A stretch of DNA of 63,951 nt, the filler included, from Octopus bimaculoides (taxonomy: Eukaryota), in NCBI RefSeq assembly GCF_001194135.2. It is 7 parts of 7 records of this genome, joined end to end, with 100 filler letters (N's around TTAATTAATTAA, not from the genome) between each part and the next. Parts side by side here need not be neighbours in the genome. Positions count along the whole stretch, not along the records: positions 60,684 to 63,951 come from NC_068998.1; 6 more parts are not named here. The stretch is one strand, 5' to 3'. The position numbers and the translations under genes are program-made. Below the pieces are notes generated by a model. The model ran no database searches. It was not told where the DNA came from and worked only from the letters and a program-made list of their open reading frames with translations. How positions within the stretch are numbered: the stretch's first letter is position 1; the number at the start of each line of letters is the position of its first letter. Positions 63,884 through 63,951 of this stretch are shown here, piece after piece.

Positions 63884-63951
63884 CTTATATGTGTGTGTGC
63901 GTGGATTGGTGCGTGTGTGTGTCTACGTATATATGTATATATATATATATA
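59212..63951. repeat. Low-complexity region: (GAAA), (TCTA), (TC), (CA), (TA) tracts
   Basis: Direct observation; only short unique islands such as 60960-61410. Confidence 0.85.

Overview
AT-rich, microsatellite-saturated, gapped animal DNA. The SINE families and repeat load look most like an octopus (coleoid cephalopod) draft scaffold; this is an inference, not a database match. I find no intact protein-coding gene and no true tRNA or rRNA gene. Every long ORF in the track is a microsatellite or N-gap artefact or a decayed transposon frame; only a few weak splice-site-bounded exon candidates exist, so the window is probably intergenic or a large intron. Content: at least four tRNA-headed or SINE-like families (labelled A-D here) plus unclassified repeats E and F; three Dong/R4-clade RLE LINE remnants; one CR1-like LINE remnant; three Penelope-like element (PLE) fragments; three mariner derivatives; and Merlin-, piggyBac-, Tigger- and hAT-type non-autonomous elements. 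Most notable: (1) a type I hammerhead-ribozyme fold downstream of a PLE GIY-YIG remnant, plus a second decayed one; (2) a 609-bp Merlin-like foldback MITE with an 8-bp TSD and an inverted (CCCTAA)/(TTAGGG) core; (3) a near-perfect 52-bp-arm palindrome with one A:C mismatch; (4) a mariner made of two inverted left ends; (5) a 2.8-kb stack of elements in (TAA)n arrays; (6) 3'-tail similarity between SINE-C and the CR1-like LINE. Internal coordinates were counted by hand, and ends of degenerate elements are approximate.
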